Shown: positions 27,386 through 40,892, counted from the first letter of the stretch. The stretch is 64,000 nucleotides of DNA from Geosiphon pyriformis uo1 (GCA_016748015.1 JAAOMT010000572.1:335905-399904); one strand, 5' to 3'. A program made the numbers and translations. Notes: generated by a model not told the origin, from the sequence alone.

Positions 27386-28237
27386 GATTGTTTATATTCT
27401 TATAGTGGTATCAACATTATTTCTAATATTTTATAGGTACTTTTTACTTTGAAAAAAAAAATTGTAATTGAAGGAGAAATATTTATTTATTTATTCATTT
27501 ATTTTTGGGACAAATAAGCTAGATATTATCATTAAAAAATATTTTCCATAGAAATTAATAATAATTATATCGAGGTACATCATCATATAAATATTAGTCA
27601 AAAAGAAATCCTTCTTTTCATAAAAACGGGTTAAAAAAAACCGACATGAATAAAGGCGATCTTCGATGTACTGAGACTGAAAAGAAAAACATGAACTACC
27701 CATCGTGGATTTAATGGTAACACAAAAAAATTCATTTACTAACATTTTTTTAATTAAGGTTGAAAGACAATGGCGTACACCATAAATATTTACCATAATC
27801 TAGACACGACAGAGATTTAATTAACGATACACTACACTAAACATATGTAGAAAGATTAAAAAAGAAGGTACAAATTGAATTTGGGGGAAGATCACAAAAT
27901 GGGCTACAAACGCCAATTCAATTTTTCGAGACCATTTCCAGAATTAGAAATCGGAACTTTTTTTTTGTTCCAAAAAATCCTCAACTAGAATTAATAATAA
28001 TAGTAAATTTAAAAAATTCAGGAAGCGCACAGACCATTATTAATATCTATTAAACGAAATTTACCTTTGAAATCTATTATGCACAGGAAACAACAAAATG
28101 CCGATGATTCGGTATTCAATGTTTTTTTATTATTATTTTAAAGTTGAACGTGATATCATGATACTAATGTTTTCATGATCACCTAAATGAAAATTTTTAA
28201 TGAGCTTTTGATCAGATTAATTATTAATATTTTCATC

Positions 28238-28394
28238 CTAATTTATTCTAAATCTAGCTTTTAAAAGGTTTTTATTTTATGTTATTTTATCTAATTTATT
28301 CTAAATCTAGCTTTTAAAAGGTTTTTATTTTATGTTTTTTTATCTTATTTATTCTAAATCTAGCTTTTAAAAGGTTTTTATTTTATGTTTTTTT
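28238..28394. repeat. 53-bp tandem repeat, 3 copies
   Basis: Unit CTAATTTATTCTAAATCTAGCTTTTAAAAGGTTTTTATTTTATGTT.. starts at 28238, 28291 and 28344. Confidence 0.92.
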
Positions 28395-28592
28395 AAAAAA
28401 TCAAAGTTTACAAACAAATAATTAAACTTATTTCTAAAATCTTTTAGAAACATATATTTTTGTTGTTATCTATATATATTTAAATTTATCGAAATTTTTA
28501 ATAAAATCGGATTATATTAAAACCTTATTTGAACGACTGGATAGAAAGAATTTTTTTTTTTTCTTTTTTTCTTTTTTTTAATGAAAGACAAT

Positions 28593-28682
28593 TACCATAA
28601 AGTTTCGAAAATAAGCACCCCTAATTTATCAATTTTGGACCAAATTTTGAGGGTGGTTGCTTATTTTCTTAGCTTTATGGTA
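28593..28682. mobile_element. Putative MITE (Tc1/mariner/pogo-type, TA-flanked)
   Basis: TA + CCATAAAGTTTCGAAAATAAGCA (28595-28617) ... TGCTTATTTTCTTAGCTTTATGG (28658-28680) + TA. The inverted repeats match at 20/23. Confidence 0.6.
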
Positions 28683-29545
28683 TAAAAAAATATTTTACTT
28701 TCTATCTAATAAATATTAATTTTTAAAGGGGTTTCTTATTCAACTTTTTCAAAAGGCTTTTTGCGGGAATTTACGGTAATGATTTACTTAATTTTTGATT
28801 CGAAAATTTCATTTGTACAGATATTATCATGCCACAAATTTGTCATGTGCTGAAAAAGTAGAAATTCTGTATTTTTTTTTTTATTTCAATTTATAATTAT
28901 GATCTGATAGCTTATAAGGAATAAAAAAATTTATTGAAATTTTTCTTTAATTTAGTCAATAAACTTTGTTATAGTTTTTTCTTTATAATTCGATAAAAAA
29001 AAAATTTATGACGAAATTTTTTTTTGAAAAATAAAAAAAGAATCTTCCATTGTAGAATTTTTAATATTCTCGTTTAACTTTTTATATCTTGAAAATTTAT
29101 AAACCTGATTTAAACTTTAAATTTACATTTATTTTTTCTTTTTTTGGATGGATTTATAAAGAGGCTAAAAAAAAAGTGTGATAGTCTTTTTAATATTTAA
29201 GATAACAGTACCAAATTAAAATAATAATTTTGACTTGGACGCTTATGGTCTTAAATTTAATATGATCAACAAAAAAGTTTTTCAATTACGTATACAGTAT
29301 ATATAGAAAAGTCAGGATTATTTCGGGGCTTATTTAAATTAATTCCCCGTTTAGGCATAATAACCGTAATTGAAGATTCTGAAACAAAAAATTAATACAT
29401 ATTTGGTTATTTGTGTATAAAAAATTTAATATTTCTTTTTGGTTCAAAAGTTGAGTGAATCAGAAAAGCAATTCGAATACACTTTCTCTTTTTTGAGAAA
29501 CTAAAAAAGTGCTTGCTTGTTTAAATTATATTTGTTATCCATAAG

Positions 29546-29576
<31 letters not shown>

Positions 29577-29686
29577 ATATATATATATCTCTGTTCCATT
29601 TTCAGACTATGATCAAATTGTTTTATTTTTTAAAATTTCTGTTTGTTTGCAAATAAAATTAATACCAAAATGAATATCAAAAATGG

Positions 29687-29687
<1 letters not shown>

Positions 29688-29740
<53 letters not shown>
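29688..29740. repeat. poly(T) tract (~53 nt)
   Basis: Read directly. Confidence 0.95.
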
Positions 29741-29742
<2 letters not shown>

Positions 29743-29749
29743 GTTCATT

Positions 29750-32700
29750 TGTATTAAATATTAATTTCTACCAAAAATAGGTTAAATTATGTCACTGTTT
29801 TTTTTTGAATTGAAGTTTATATTAAAGAAAACTGGTTATTTCTTGAATTATTTGAAAAATAAATACAATTTATGATGATGGTTATGATAATTATGATTAT
29901 GATTATGATGATTTATGATGATTATATTATGATCATATTATGAAAACCAAGTAAATAATTGCCACTTATTTTCCTTAAAATAAAATGTATTTCTTATTTT
30001 GTGCATTTGCATATTACAATATAAATATTAATTTCACATGACAAAAATACAATATTAAAAATTAAAATTTTAAAATGTTATAAAACCAAAGATAGAAACC
30101 GCAAATAAATGACGTAAATAATAACTTTTAATTTTGATAAGAAGTTTGTAATTCTTATATTAATCGTAACTTTTAAGTATAAACTTAGTTTTTTCAAAAA
30201 AAAAAAAAAAAAAAAAAAAAAAGGTGTTCTTAAAAGTTTTACAATAGACCAAAAATGTAAGATTAAAACACTTTTACATAAAAATAATAAATATTTGGTT
30301 TTTTATAAAATTAAATGCAATTAATTATTTAAAATTTTAATCTCATAATAATTATTCCAAATAAGAAAATGACACTACAATTGGTTGCAACTCCCCGATA
30401 AAAATTATACTACAATTTACCACAAATATTTTTTATTAAAAAGATAAATAGTTGAAAATATATAAAATAATTTTACAAAAATATAAATGATTCAAAATAA
30501 TTTTTTTCTGCAAATGTTTTAAATTGTATTAAAAATATATAAAAAAAAATATTTATGCTCATCTGATTTTTTATTAATTCAAATACTTTAGTAATTAAAT
30601 ATGTGTTTAAAATAAATGATTTTTTTAAAAGTTTTAATTTTTTATTAATTAAATGAATATACTAGTTTTTAAACAAAATAGTATTAAAGTATCACAATTT
30701 ATTGTGATACTTTAATTTTAACTATATTTGTTAAAGATAACTTTTTAAAAAAAGTATTTTTGAAAAAGTTAATAATTCGTGATAGATTGTGATAAAAAAA
30801 GTTTAAGAAATAACATTTTTTCAATTAAGAAATTCACATAATTTCACGCATCTTATTCTTAAAAGTGAATTGTTTCATTAATGAAGAAATATTTACACAA
30901 ACCTAAATTCATATTTTTTCATTAATTAAGATGTTTTATAAAATGAAATAAAAAGGCTTTATTTATAAATTTCAAAAAATTGGTTAATAAAATAATGAAT
31001 TAATAAATAAAAATTTATTTTTTAATGAAACATAATGTATCAAGTGATAAATAAAACACTCTATTTTTTATTCGTAATTTTTTTAATATAAAAGAAAAGT
31101 GCATAATTGCTTAATTAACGCTTTAAATAAAGTAAAAATAATTTTTTATTTTATTTTACCAATTATCAAGAAGAAAAAATTATTATTTTAAAATGAGAAC
31201 CTAAAAAAAAAATTAAAATTTCTGATTAAAAATGAAATATTATTTCTCAAAGCATAAGATTTTAAAAAATTTATTTTGATCAAATTTTAATTAAAATAAC
31301 ATTTTAAATTTAACTTTGTTTTAATCTTTTATAAATACATATTTTAATATTTTTAATTAAGGTTTTAAATATAAAGCTTAATAATAAAACACAAAATACA
31401 TTATAAATTTTTAATAATTTTTTTTTAATAATGATAATATTTGTTTTTTTTTGATTTTTGTAATATTTGTAAATTTTATAACCTATTTTTTACCATTACT
31501 GCTGCAATTTTTTAATCGTAATATTATTTTTATGATTATGATTATGATTATGATTATTATTATTATTATTATTAGTTGATAACTGGCCAAATTAATCTTT
31601 TTAATATTCAAATTTATTTATTTCTTAATTAATTTTTTTTTCAAAAATTTACAATAAAAATTAAATTTATTTTTTTATTACATTAACTAAGTACAGTTTT
31701 ATCATTAAAAAATATAATAAGTCATTATAATTAATAAAAATTAGTTTAAATTGAAAAACTAAAAATAAATTTTGTGTATCTATTTTATTAATACAACAAT
31801 TTAAATAATTTTTATATTATTTATAAAATTATTAAATTTCCAATTTTTTTTTGTTAATAATAAAATTATTATTTATTTTATTATTATTTAAAAAATTTTT
31901 ATTATATTTATTTTTAAATTTAAAAAATTTTTTAAGGATTTTAGTAATTAAAATTACCAATATTATTAATTTGAATTTTTTTTAAAAAAAAGTGCCAGAT
32001 ATCTAATTTTATAGTAAATTTGTTCTTAATAATTAATAAAAAAAGTGATTTCAATTACATAAAAACCAATATTATTTTCTGTGTTAATAGTACAAACTAT
32101 TTTTTATTTAAAAGTTTATTTTAGATAATAAATTTAATATTAATAAAATTATGTAAAAATTAAAAAATTTATTTTTGCATAATTTTTTTTTAAAAAAAAC
32201 ACCCAAATACTAAATTAGATATTATTTATTCGAAAATTTTTTGCCAACTAATAATAATTTTTTAAATATTATTATTAAAATTAATAGTGTTTTTAGAAAA
32301 AAAAACTATTTTTAATTTTTATGTTATTTGTCAAACTTTTAAAGTTAGATAATATTATAGTATAATTAAATTGTATTACATGTTGAACATAATTTGTTTT
32401 ATTTTTACAATTAATGCCTAAATATTTTTACAACTAAAAGAGCTTTTTGGATGATTGTTTTCTTAGACACAATGAAAAAAGTAGTGGTTGCTTCATTTTT
32501 TACTCTTTGCTTTTTTATGGTCATAAAAATTAAAAGAGAGAAATATACATTTTTTTGATATTATAATCAAAGTTTTTATATATGCATTTTAATTTCGATA
32601 ATTAATTTTTAATTTAAGTTTTATAATAATTTTTTTATTAAAATAAAAGATTTTCAAAGTATAAATAAAGCCATTTTACAAGTTTTAATTTTTTTCGACC

Positions 32701-33200
32701 AAAATTTTATTTAGTTTTTTAAAACTATTTTTTTACTTGACATATCTTATTTTGAATTTCTTTTTATTATTATCAATAACTAAAAAATGACCAATTTAGC
32801 TTATGTATATATTTTACAAATACATCAAAATTTATTAGGTTTAGAGCCTACAAACATTTTATTTAAAATGTTTAAAAAGAGTGTAGACCTTTCACAATCT
32901 ATTAACATAGTAAGTGTTCATGTCTAATTAAACGTGAATCACGTATTTTTCTTAAATGTCACTAGTCACTAAAACATTTTTTAAATTCGATATTTTATTC
33001 TAGATACTTATCATTATTGGTAAAAGAAAATAAACTAAATTTTTCATGTTAAAATATTAATTTGAAGATAAGGCCAAAGTTAAACTTGAATAGCCTTTTG
33101 TAGACAACTAGGAATATATATTAAAAAAAAATTGCATTATTTTAAGTATAATAAAAGTTACATCTAAAGTATGGTTTATTTTACGTTGAATATAAAAAAA
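29750..33200. other. Extremely AT-rich gene-free block, probably old decayed repeats
   Basis: No ORF of 60 aa or more, very few CpG, and the same texture as the decayed LINE interior. Boundaries approximate. Confidence 0.5.
30683..30716. repeat. Perfect 16-bp inverted repeat with 2-nt loop
   Basis: ATTAAAGTATCACAAT-TT-ATTGTGATACTTTAAT, with imperfect arm extension on both sides. Confidence 0.85.
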
Positions 33201-35829
33201 TTATATCATTGCACTTTAATAAATTTATAATTTTTGTTTCATTTTAGGAAAACCATATGATTATAAATTTTTTCCAAAAACATAATATGGAGATAATATG
33301 AAACTCCATTGTCCGAATGTAAGATCAAGAGTTTCTCTGCAGTGAAAATCTCAGAAAAAACACACACATACACACACAAAATATCTCCCCCATGGGGATG
33401 AAATCAAATTTGGTTAAAATATAGAAAATTCTAACATGTGTGTCGTAAATTTTGCAGAAAAAACGTGTTGATCAAAGCATTATTAGTAACCATGCACATT
33501 TATAAGGAGACTGTGAAATAACAACTATCACAAAACTTAAATTTGTTGGGGCTTTATCCAGAAATCTTTATAGAATAATTTTCTCATTTCAACTGCGATG
33601 AGATATTATATTCGAAAATTTTTTTTTTAAAATTTCTCCTTTAATAATTATCCTTTTTATAATACATATTTTCAAGAAAAAAAGCCGAATAAACAGCATG
33701 AAAACAACGTTTTTCTTTATTATAAATTAATTGGTTAAAATTCTTATCAACAAATATGTAATTAATTTATGCTAATGTTCCCAAAACATCATAATATTTA
33801 TTAAATGGTATATAAAATCACAAAGAATTAGATATAATAGTATCTTTATCCTTTATAAGTCAAAATCATGTACCCCTTTTTCATTCACAATGGGAATCAT
33901 GTAAAAAATAAATTCAATTTAGTAAATGATCAGAAATTTTTTTTTCTTGAAAAATATACCTGATTACATTTCAATTAATAATTTAGGGTATAAATTTAAA
34001 AGTATTGCACAATAAAAAATAATTTTATGCGAGTCAGAAAGAAAAGAGAACAATAGTAAGGTTTCTTCAATACTTTAAATGCACAAACTGCTGGTCTGTG
34101 CTGCTGCATTTCAGCCTAAATCAATAAGAAAAGTTTCTATATCGAAAAAAAAAAGTCATAAAGTGAGTGTTAAAGTTTTCATGACCCGAAGGCATTACAT
34201 CATGAAAAAAAAAGAAATATATATAGTGAAAAATCAATAACTAATTTATTTTCTCTAATATACGGATAAATTTGTTTCAAAACGACAATGAAGGAATTGA
34301 CCTCCGAAATGATCATGGGGGTTGGGAGCTGGAAAATTTTCTCATCCTTTTAGTTTAAACATTAGGTAGATTAAAGTTCTATTATATATATATATAATTA
34401 TAATTTTTGGAAATTATTTTTTATTTTTATTTTCTATTGCTTTCCCCTCCCTTTCCCCCTCCCCCCCTTCAGAACGCCATATTCATATTTCCATTGATAT
34501 CATCAGAATACATCAATGTATACTTTTATCAATAGTTATGCATTCATTAATTCTTGAAAGGTCACAATGGTAAAATGTTTACGAGACACGAAATATTTGG
34601 CCAATGAAAAGGTTCACCTTTTTGGGAAATTTGTTGAATTGAGATTTGTCAATCTGATAAAGAAATATTCAATTTTTGAAATTAACTATCAATATAATAA
34701 ATTAAATTTTCACAATAGCATTAAATTATAAAATGTACATTTATTTATTTGGATCACTCATGTGATCTGACACTAAGGTTCTAGATATTGATGTAACTCT
34801 GCATCAGATAAATGATGCCAATAAAAGTAAAACATATTAAAAATGATTTGCATGGAATCTTCTTTATTTCCAAAAAACTAAAAAGTGTAAAACTTTTAAG
34901 ATTCATGAATATTTAAACTTTTAAAAAGTATTAGGTCCGAAATCCGAATATATAACCTATGGGAAAGTTGTGAAAATTTTTTGCCAAATAAATCTCATTG
35001 AATGTTTCTGAAAAGGAAGCTTGCGTAACTACTATACCAAGCAGCCGGTGCATTATCTTTGAAACAAGTATGATACAATATACTACGAGAACATACGATT
35101 TTCTGTCATCCCCGTAACTATTATACCAAAATAAGCATTGTACAATATACTAAAACGTTTCCAAGAGCAGAAAAAATTCAATATCACGATTTGCAATTTT
35201 AAGTAGAAAAACTAAAAATTGAGAGTTCTTAAGCTACCTCAAACTTAATAAAAGTTTTTCCGAGTATTATTTTGAACGAGATTACTCCTCCTCAAATAAT
35301 TTAATTGTTCTTTGTAAATTGGCAGGATAGAAAATTTTTTTAAGCAAAGAAAACTTTAATAATGAAATAAATTTATGGTGTAACAGTTGGGATAAAAAAG
35401 GCTAGTTTTTCAAATAGTCTTAACCCTTTAGACACTGCATCCGTTGTTTTAGTGAATACAAATAAGTAGAAATAATTCAGAGTGTGAAATTTAAAAAACA
35501 TATCCAGAAATTTGTACAATGTTTTGCCAACTGAATGAATAACGATGAATAATTTATGGAAAAAGATTTTCTCTTCGAAAGGTCCTAAAAAGCTTATTCA
35601 AAAATCATTCTTGAAACATTTAGTCATTGACTATGACCATGAATGTTTCACACGATACTCATTTTTGGATTTCTGGTTGTACATTTACAGTATTTCAACT
35701 TACATGTATATCGTATTTAAAAGATTGTGTTTTAAAATAATTTTTTTTTGGCTGTAATTATTAAGAAAATGATTGATATCATCATCTTACAAACATTGAC
35801 AACTGAAATAAAGCACCAATCTTTTTATT

Positions 35830-35862
35830 TACTACTATTACTACTAATACTACTACTACTAC

Positions 35863-35905
<43 letters not shown>
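35830..35905. repeat. Compound (TAC)n(TAT)n microsatellite
   Basis: Read directly. Confidence 0.9.
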
Positions 35906-36328
35906 TTAGATACAAGTTTTCTAATTATCTGGCTCTTCAAGAAAATCCCTGCTCATGTGAACAATTATCATTAGTACAAGATCCAATTAATTTTAACACA
36001 CAAGATTTTAAAACAGATAATGATCAAACCATTTTAAACTTGACTGTTCTAGACCTTATGAATTTTAATTTAGAAAAATTTTTGTCAAAGTAATCATCAA
36101 CTTTAACACATTAATCGATTGACTGATCGCGGATTATCTCTGATGAAAATCAGAGATAACGAATTACAATAGACTCGAATATTTTTTAAGATTGGCATGT
36201 ATGTATGTATGTATGTATATGTATATAATTGACAAATAAAAATGATAGAAAAAAAGAATGTACTTATTTTTGGGATTTTTAACTTTTTTTTACGTGTTCA
36301 TCAAGATAAAAAACCTTGAATTTAGGAC

Positions 36329-36955
36329 TTATTCACGTCTATTCAAAATGTAATCGATAGACATCCGATTGATCGGATTTTTGACCTTGCCTTTGACCCT
36401 CTGATGAGTCCAAAAACAATTTTTAATAGTTAGCTCCGAACGTCCCGGGAATAATTTAGCAATTTCTTTCCATCGTCGATTGTACTTTGAAGCATAAAAA
36501 AGAACTTTGGTTTTTTCATCATCGGTTAACGATTGGTTAGCGTCAACTAATTTAAAAAATATAAAATAGGATTAAGTTATGAGGCAATAAACTGATGTCC
36601 ATTCAAAGTCTCACAATTAGAACTTTTAATGGATACTCACGACCAGGTTGGAGATGATTGATCCATCTATATGGACATTAATAAATATTACTTTTTATTG
36701 AAACAATGAAATTTTTAATTTTAAAAAATTTTTATTTGCCTGTCCCGAATCTGACGATAATGGCGTGAATTATTCATCTCTTCTTGAATTTTTGCATAAT
36801 TCTGGCCACGTTTTTTGATCAATTCGATTAAACCTCTGTCTTCCTGATGAACAGAGAAAGATTAATTTTAATAAATTTGACAAAAGAAGTGATGAAATAT
36901 ATAATCAAATGTTCACTTCTGGAGACCAAGACCCTTTGTTTGTACTCTTAGACAT
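36329..36955 (-). CDS. Small R2R3-type Myb transcription factor, cluster copy 2 (4 exons, GC-AG intron 2)
   Basis: Exons 36955-36917, 36843-36740, 36666-36641, 36546-36329. Product MSKSTNKGSWSPE|EDRGLIELIKKRGQNYAKIQEEMNNSRHYRQIRD|RWINHLQPG|LDANQSLTDDEKTKVLFYASKYNRRWKEIAKLFPGRSELTIKNCFWT..RMSIDYILNRRE*. Entirely missed by the ORF track. Confidence 0.88.
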
Positions 36956-37055
36956 CTTAACGGAAAAAAAAGGTGGTTGATTGCTTTTTAAGGAGAGGAT
37001 ATGTTTTTCCAAACAAAAAAGATGATGAGTTTGAGAAAACGTACTTTGTTGTTGA

Positions 37056-37056
<1 letters not shown>

Positions 37057-37086
<30 letters not shown>

Positions 37087-37120
37087 AAGAAGAAGGAGGA
37101 GGAGGAGGAGGAGGAGGAGG
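37057..37120. repeat. (AGA)n(GGA)n microsatellite in the predicted 5' UTR of Myb copy 2
   Basis: Read directly; lies between a minus-strand TATAAA (37166-37171) and the ATG at 36955. Confidence 0.9.
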
Positions 37121-37165
37121 ATGATAATAATAATTGTGCTCTTTCTTGAAAGTATAACGTTGCTT

Positions 37166-37171
37166 TTTATA
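37166..37171 (-). promoter_or_regulatory. Candidate TATA box for Myb copy 2
   Basis: TATAAAAAG on the minus strand ~210 nt upstream of the ATG. Weak evidence in AT-rich DNA. Confidence 0.35.
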
Positions 37172-37533
37172 AGAAACTCTGCTATTTAATCAATATATCG
37201 TATGAGCAGAGTCATCCGAATTCTCAAAATTTTCTTCCCGAAGATATGGTCTATTTATTCTCAAGCGAGAATGAATTAAAATAATGTAAGCTATTTTTAT
37301 TTACATTTGATGTATTTTTTCCTTTGAAACTTTGAAAAATTGACTATCATAAACAAAATTTAAAATAAAAACTTTAAAGAAAACCTTTGAAAGAGGGATC
37401 CCATTTCCAAAGGCTTCAAATTTTGTAAATTAAAGTACTAGTATTTTTTCAAAGATTTCTTGTACAAGGTTAACACTTGATATATTGTTTCTTCATGTCA
37501 TGCATTTGTTCACTGGTTTTTTGTTACTGTAGG

Positions 37534-37553
37534 AGTAGTAGTAGTAATAATAG

Positions 37554-37617
<64 letters not shown>

Positions 37618-37660
37618 TGTTGTTGTTGTTTTTGTTGTTTTTGTTGTTGTCATTGTTGTT
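37534..37660. repeat. Compound (AGT)n(TGT)n microsatellite
   Basis: About 21 perfect AGT units at 37555-37617 followed by imperfect TGT units. Confidence 0.93.
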
Positions 37661-38780
37661 GCATATTTTTGAAGGACGACATAATTGCATGTCCTGTGTT
37701 TCTTGCTTTCCCCTAGCTCACGGGAAACTTTTATTGCCAGCCCACGAAAATATAATTACCTTTTTTTAACGAAATCGCCTTTTGATTTCATTCAAGATAT
37801 CCTCAATAAAGAAAGATGGCTGCATGAAGTCTTTTCAGGTTTTTTACATACACATAAATTCAGTTAGCATTTCTAGAAACAATGGTAGGCTTCGTTTCAA
37901 CGGTTTTTAAAATTTATCCCGAATGAGCTTTAGGACTTAATTAAGTAAAAATGAAGAGACGATCAAAAAATCTGCATCAATGAAAAATTACTCGAAAAGC
38001 TTAGTGATAAGCGCTATGTTAAAAGGATAATTTTTTCCGAGATCATTTCAGAAAATAAAAAGCATCATCTTGATATACTTTTATTGCCTAAAATTCTTTG
38101 TCAAATTTTTTTTGAATCATTTTTTTAAAATGGTTTATTTTTGCCTTATACATTAAATTTTCTTTTTTTCCTTTTTTTTTTTCTTTTGAATCTATTATAT
38201 TCGGGGGGGGGGGGTGTGGCATTGAATTTATTATGGCTTACCGAGCCACAATCTTGCCACTAACGCAAAAGGTCTTTTTTTATCTTATGTTAGTCTATTT
38301 TTTATTCAAGTAAATTAATCGGGATAATGAAAAACGAGTTATAAAGTTCTCGAGCCGCGTGACAAATTTTAAAATTGTAAAAAACGGTTTATCAGATACC
38401 TATCGGTAATATATTTTTTTTTTCATTAAATTTCGCCATATGATTACCCCAAAAAACAGCTGATCTCGAATCTTCAATAGCTGTTTGACACATGAAACTG
38501 CATCAAAGAACAATAACGCGCTATATTCCCCAAAAAAGAAGGTAAAATTTTTTTTTTGCATGCATAAATTTACAGCTGAAACGATTTCTCTCCAAAGATG
38601 CTAATTACCGTTTCCCGTCACACGGTTATTCCTACAGAAGGCGTTGAACATTGTTCACAAAACTCGGTCTTCCAGATAGCAAATTCAAGAAAAAAAATTT
38701 CAGATGTATCCAATTCTCATTAAAGGGTTACTCCAAATGGAAATAAGATATTTCAAAGTAAAAAAATAATAAAATTATTT

Positions 38781-38816
<36 letters not shown>

Positions 38817-39562
38817 GATATCCCTTAAAAATGCAAATGGAAAATCTCTCTTCGAACTGGTTTATCAGCTCATCTATTATCGTGCTACACAAAAGACAAA
38901 AATGACCATTTCCGCGAAAAAATATCAAGAAAAACAATGAAATGTTAATTTTACCCAATTTTGACAAAGTGACACTGCAGTTGCATTCAAAATTCAAATA
39001 GAATAATGGTAGGAAAAAATTTTCGAACAATGTTTTGATGTATATTAACGCCATTATACATTTAACCACATCCTAATAATAATAATAATAATAAGTAAAA
39101 TAATGTTTTATATTCGGGCTGTTAAAACTAAATTGTTCTTCTTTCCAAAAATGGCATCTATTGAATGGGAGGATGATCCATCAAGACAAATACATTGAAA
39201 CGTAATACATTTTGGAAAGACCAAGTGTCCTGCATTCCATATCCTTAAAGCGAGCCAAAACCGTTTCTTGATATTCAAGATAACACACAAGTTTCTTTGA
39301 AGCATCCCGAGGAACAATCACCGGATACTTTTTCTCAATAAGTCAGCACCATTATTCTTGGTGGTGAAACATTTTTTGTATACATTCTGGAACCGCATGC
39401 GTCATGACAAAAATTTCTTTAACCAATTTTTCTCGAGAAACCGACAAATCTTAATCTTTTATAGACAAATAAGAGAAAAACGCCATATTGTCTGACGGTC
39501 CTCAAAATTTTTCACCAATGTTGTGTCACTGGTAACTATTTCTTAAAAGTTTTTTTTTACAT

Positions 39563-39629
<67 letters not shown>

Positions 39630-39979
39630 AAGGAAGTGCATAGCCAATTGTGTGCCCTAATCGGAAAAATGATTAAACCTGATCGGATTAGACCAACTTT
39701 GTTTAGCTGTTTTTTCAAACGAAATCATAATTATAAATATAAAACCTCTGGCAATCAAACCTCAGGGTGGTTCAAGTTCCTTCACGACAATTTTGGGAGA
39801 AATCCCAAATTACAATTCAAAGTATAACTACCACATCTTTTATCTTTTTGACGACTTCAACCTACCAATTTTCTTTTCCACACACACCCACACACACACC
39901 ACACACACACACAAAACACGTACACATACACGCATACAAATTCCTTTAAAAAACTATTAATTCTCTTGAAACTTGAACC

Positions 39980-40725
39980 ATGAAAAATTTTTTAACGTGT
40001 GATCAAGACTCTACTCAAAAACCAGAATACATTGTTGGTCCTTGGAGTGAAGAAGTAATTTCTTTCATTTTAAGATTTGCTTCCTTTTATTAATATCTGT
40101 CAAAAGATTAAAAAAATTGAAATTCAATTTGTTTTTTTAAGGAGGATAAAAGACTGCAGCAGTTATTTTCCATTTATGACCGTCAATGGCACTTGATCTC
40201 TATGGGTCTCAAGGAAACGCGAAGTTATAAACAAATTCGTGAACGGTAAAGTTTCTTGTAAATTCAAATTTTGATATTCATTTCACCTGACCCTAATGCG
40301 TTTTTTTTCTCTCTTTGTTTATCTAATTAATAGATGGGTTAACCATTTAGATCCCAATTGTAAGTTTAGAATCAAGTTTTTGTTGTTGTTGTTGTTGTTG
40401 TTTTTTGTAAGATTCTTAAATTTTTTTATTTTCCTACTATTCGATAAAAGTGAACAAAAACCCATTAAGTGATGAAGAAAAAGCAACTATATTACGAATG
40501 TACGATGCTTTTGGAGCAAAATGGGCATTCATAGCGAAAGCCTTGCCATCACGTGGCCGTACTCCTTTAATGATCCGAAACTTTTGGTATAGCGAACAAC
40601 GGACAGAATCAACACGTATTCAAGCAAAAATGTCAATTGATTCTCTTCTCAACAACGATTGTCAATCGGGCAAAGAACTAGTATTTCGAAATAAAAGACG
40701 ACGAATTAATTCAATGTCACGATGA
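39980..40725 (+). CDS. Small R2R3-type Myb transcription factor, cluster copy 3 (4 exons)
   Basis: Exons 39980-40054, 40142-40245, 40334-40359, 40451-40725. Product ..VGPWSEE|EDKRLQQLFSIYDRQWHLISMGLKETRSYKQIRE|RWVNHLDPN|LNKNPLSDEEKATIL..GAKWAFIAKALPSRGRTPLMIRNFWYS..KMSIDSLLN..NKRRR (NLS-like). Confidence 0.92.
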
Positions 40726-40779
40726 TAGAAATTATAACACCTCAAATTCTTACCTATAAATAATACTATTAACATAAAC

Positions 40780-40827
40780 ATCATTAACATCATCATCATC
40801 ATTATTATTAACATCATAATCATAATT

Positions 40828-40865
<38 letters not shown>

Positions 40866-40892
40866 TATTATCATCATCCTCATCATCATCAT
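40780..40892. repeat. (CAT)n-rich microsatellite in the 3' region of Myb copy 3
   Basis: Read directly; followed by (CCCTC)n at ~40968-41000. Confidence 0.9.

Noticed and set aside
37001-37716. Poly-Arg, poly-Ser and poly-Tyr ORFs
   Set aside because: Artefacts of trinucleotide microsatellites.
39108-39400. GC-richer patch with short minus-strand frames
   Set aside because: About 50-70 aa with no motif or splice chain; may be promoter sequence or a remnant.
40662-40892. Poly-Met ORF
   Set aside because: Antisense reading of a (CAT)n repeat.
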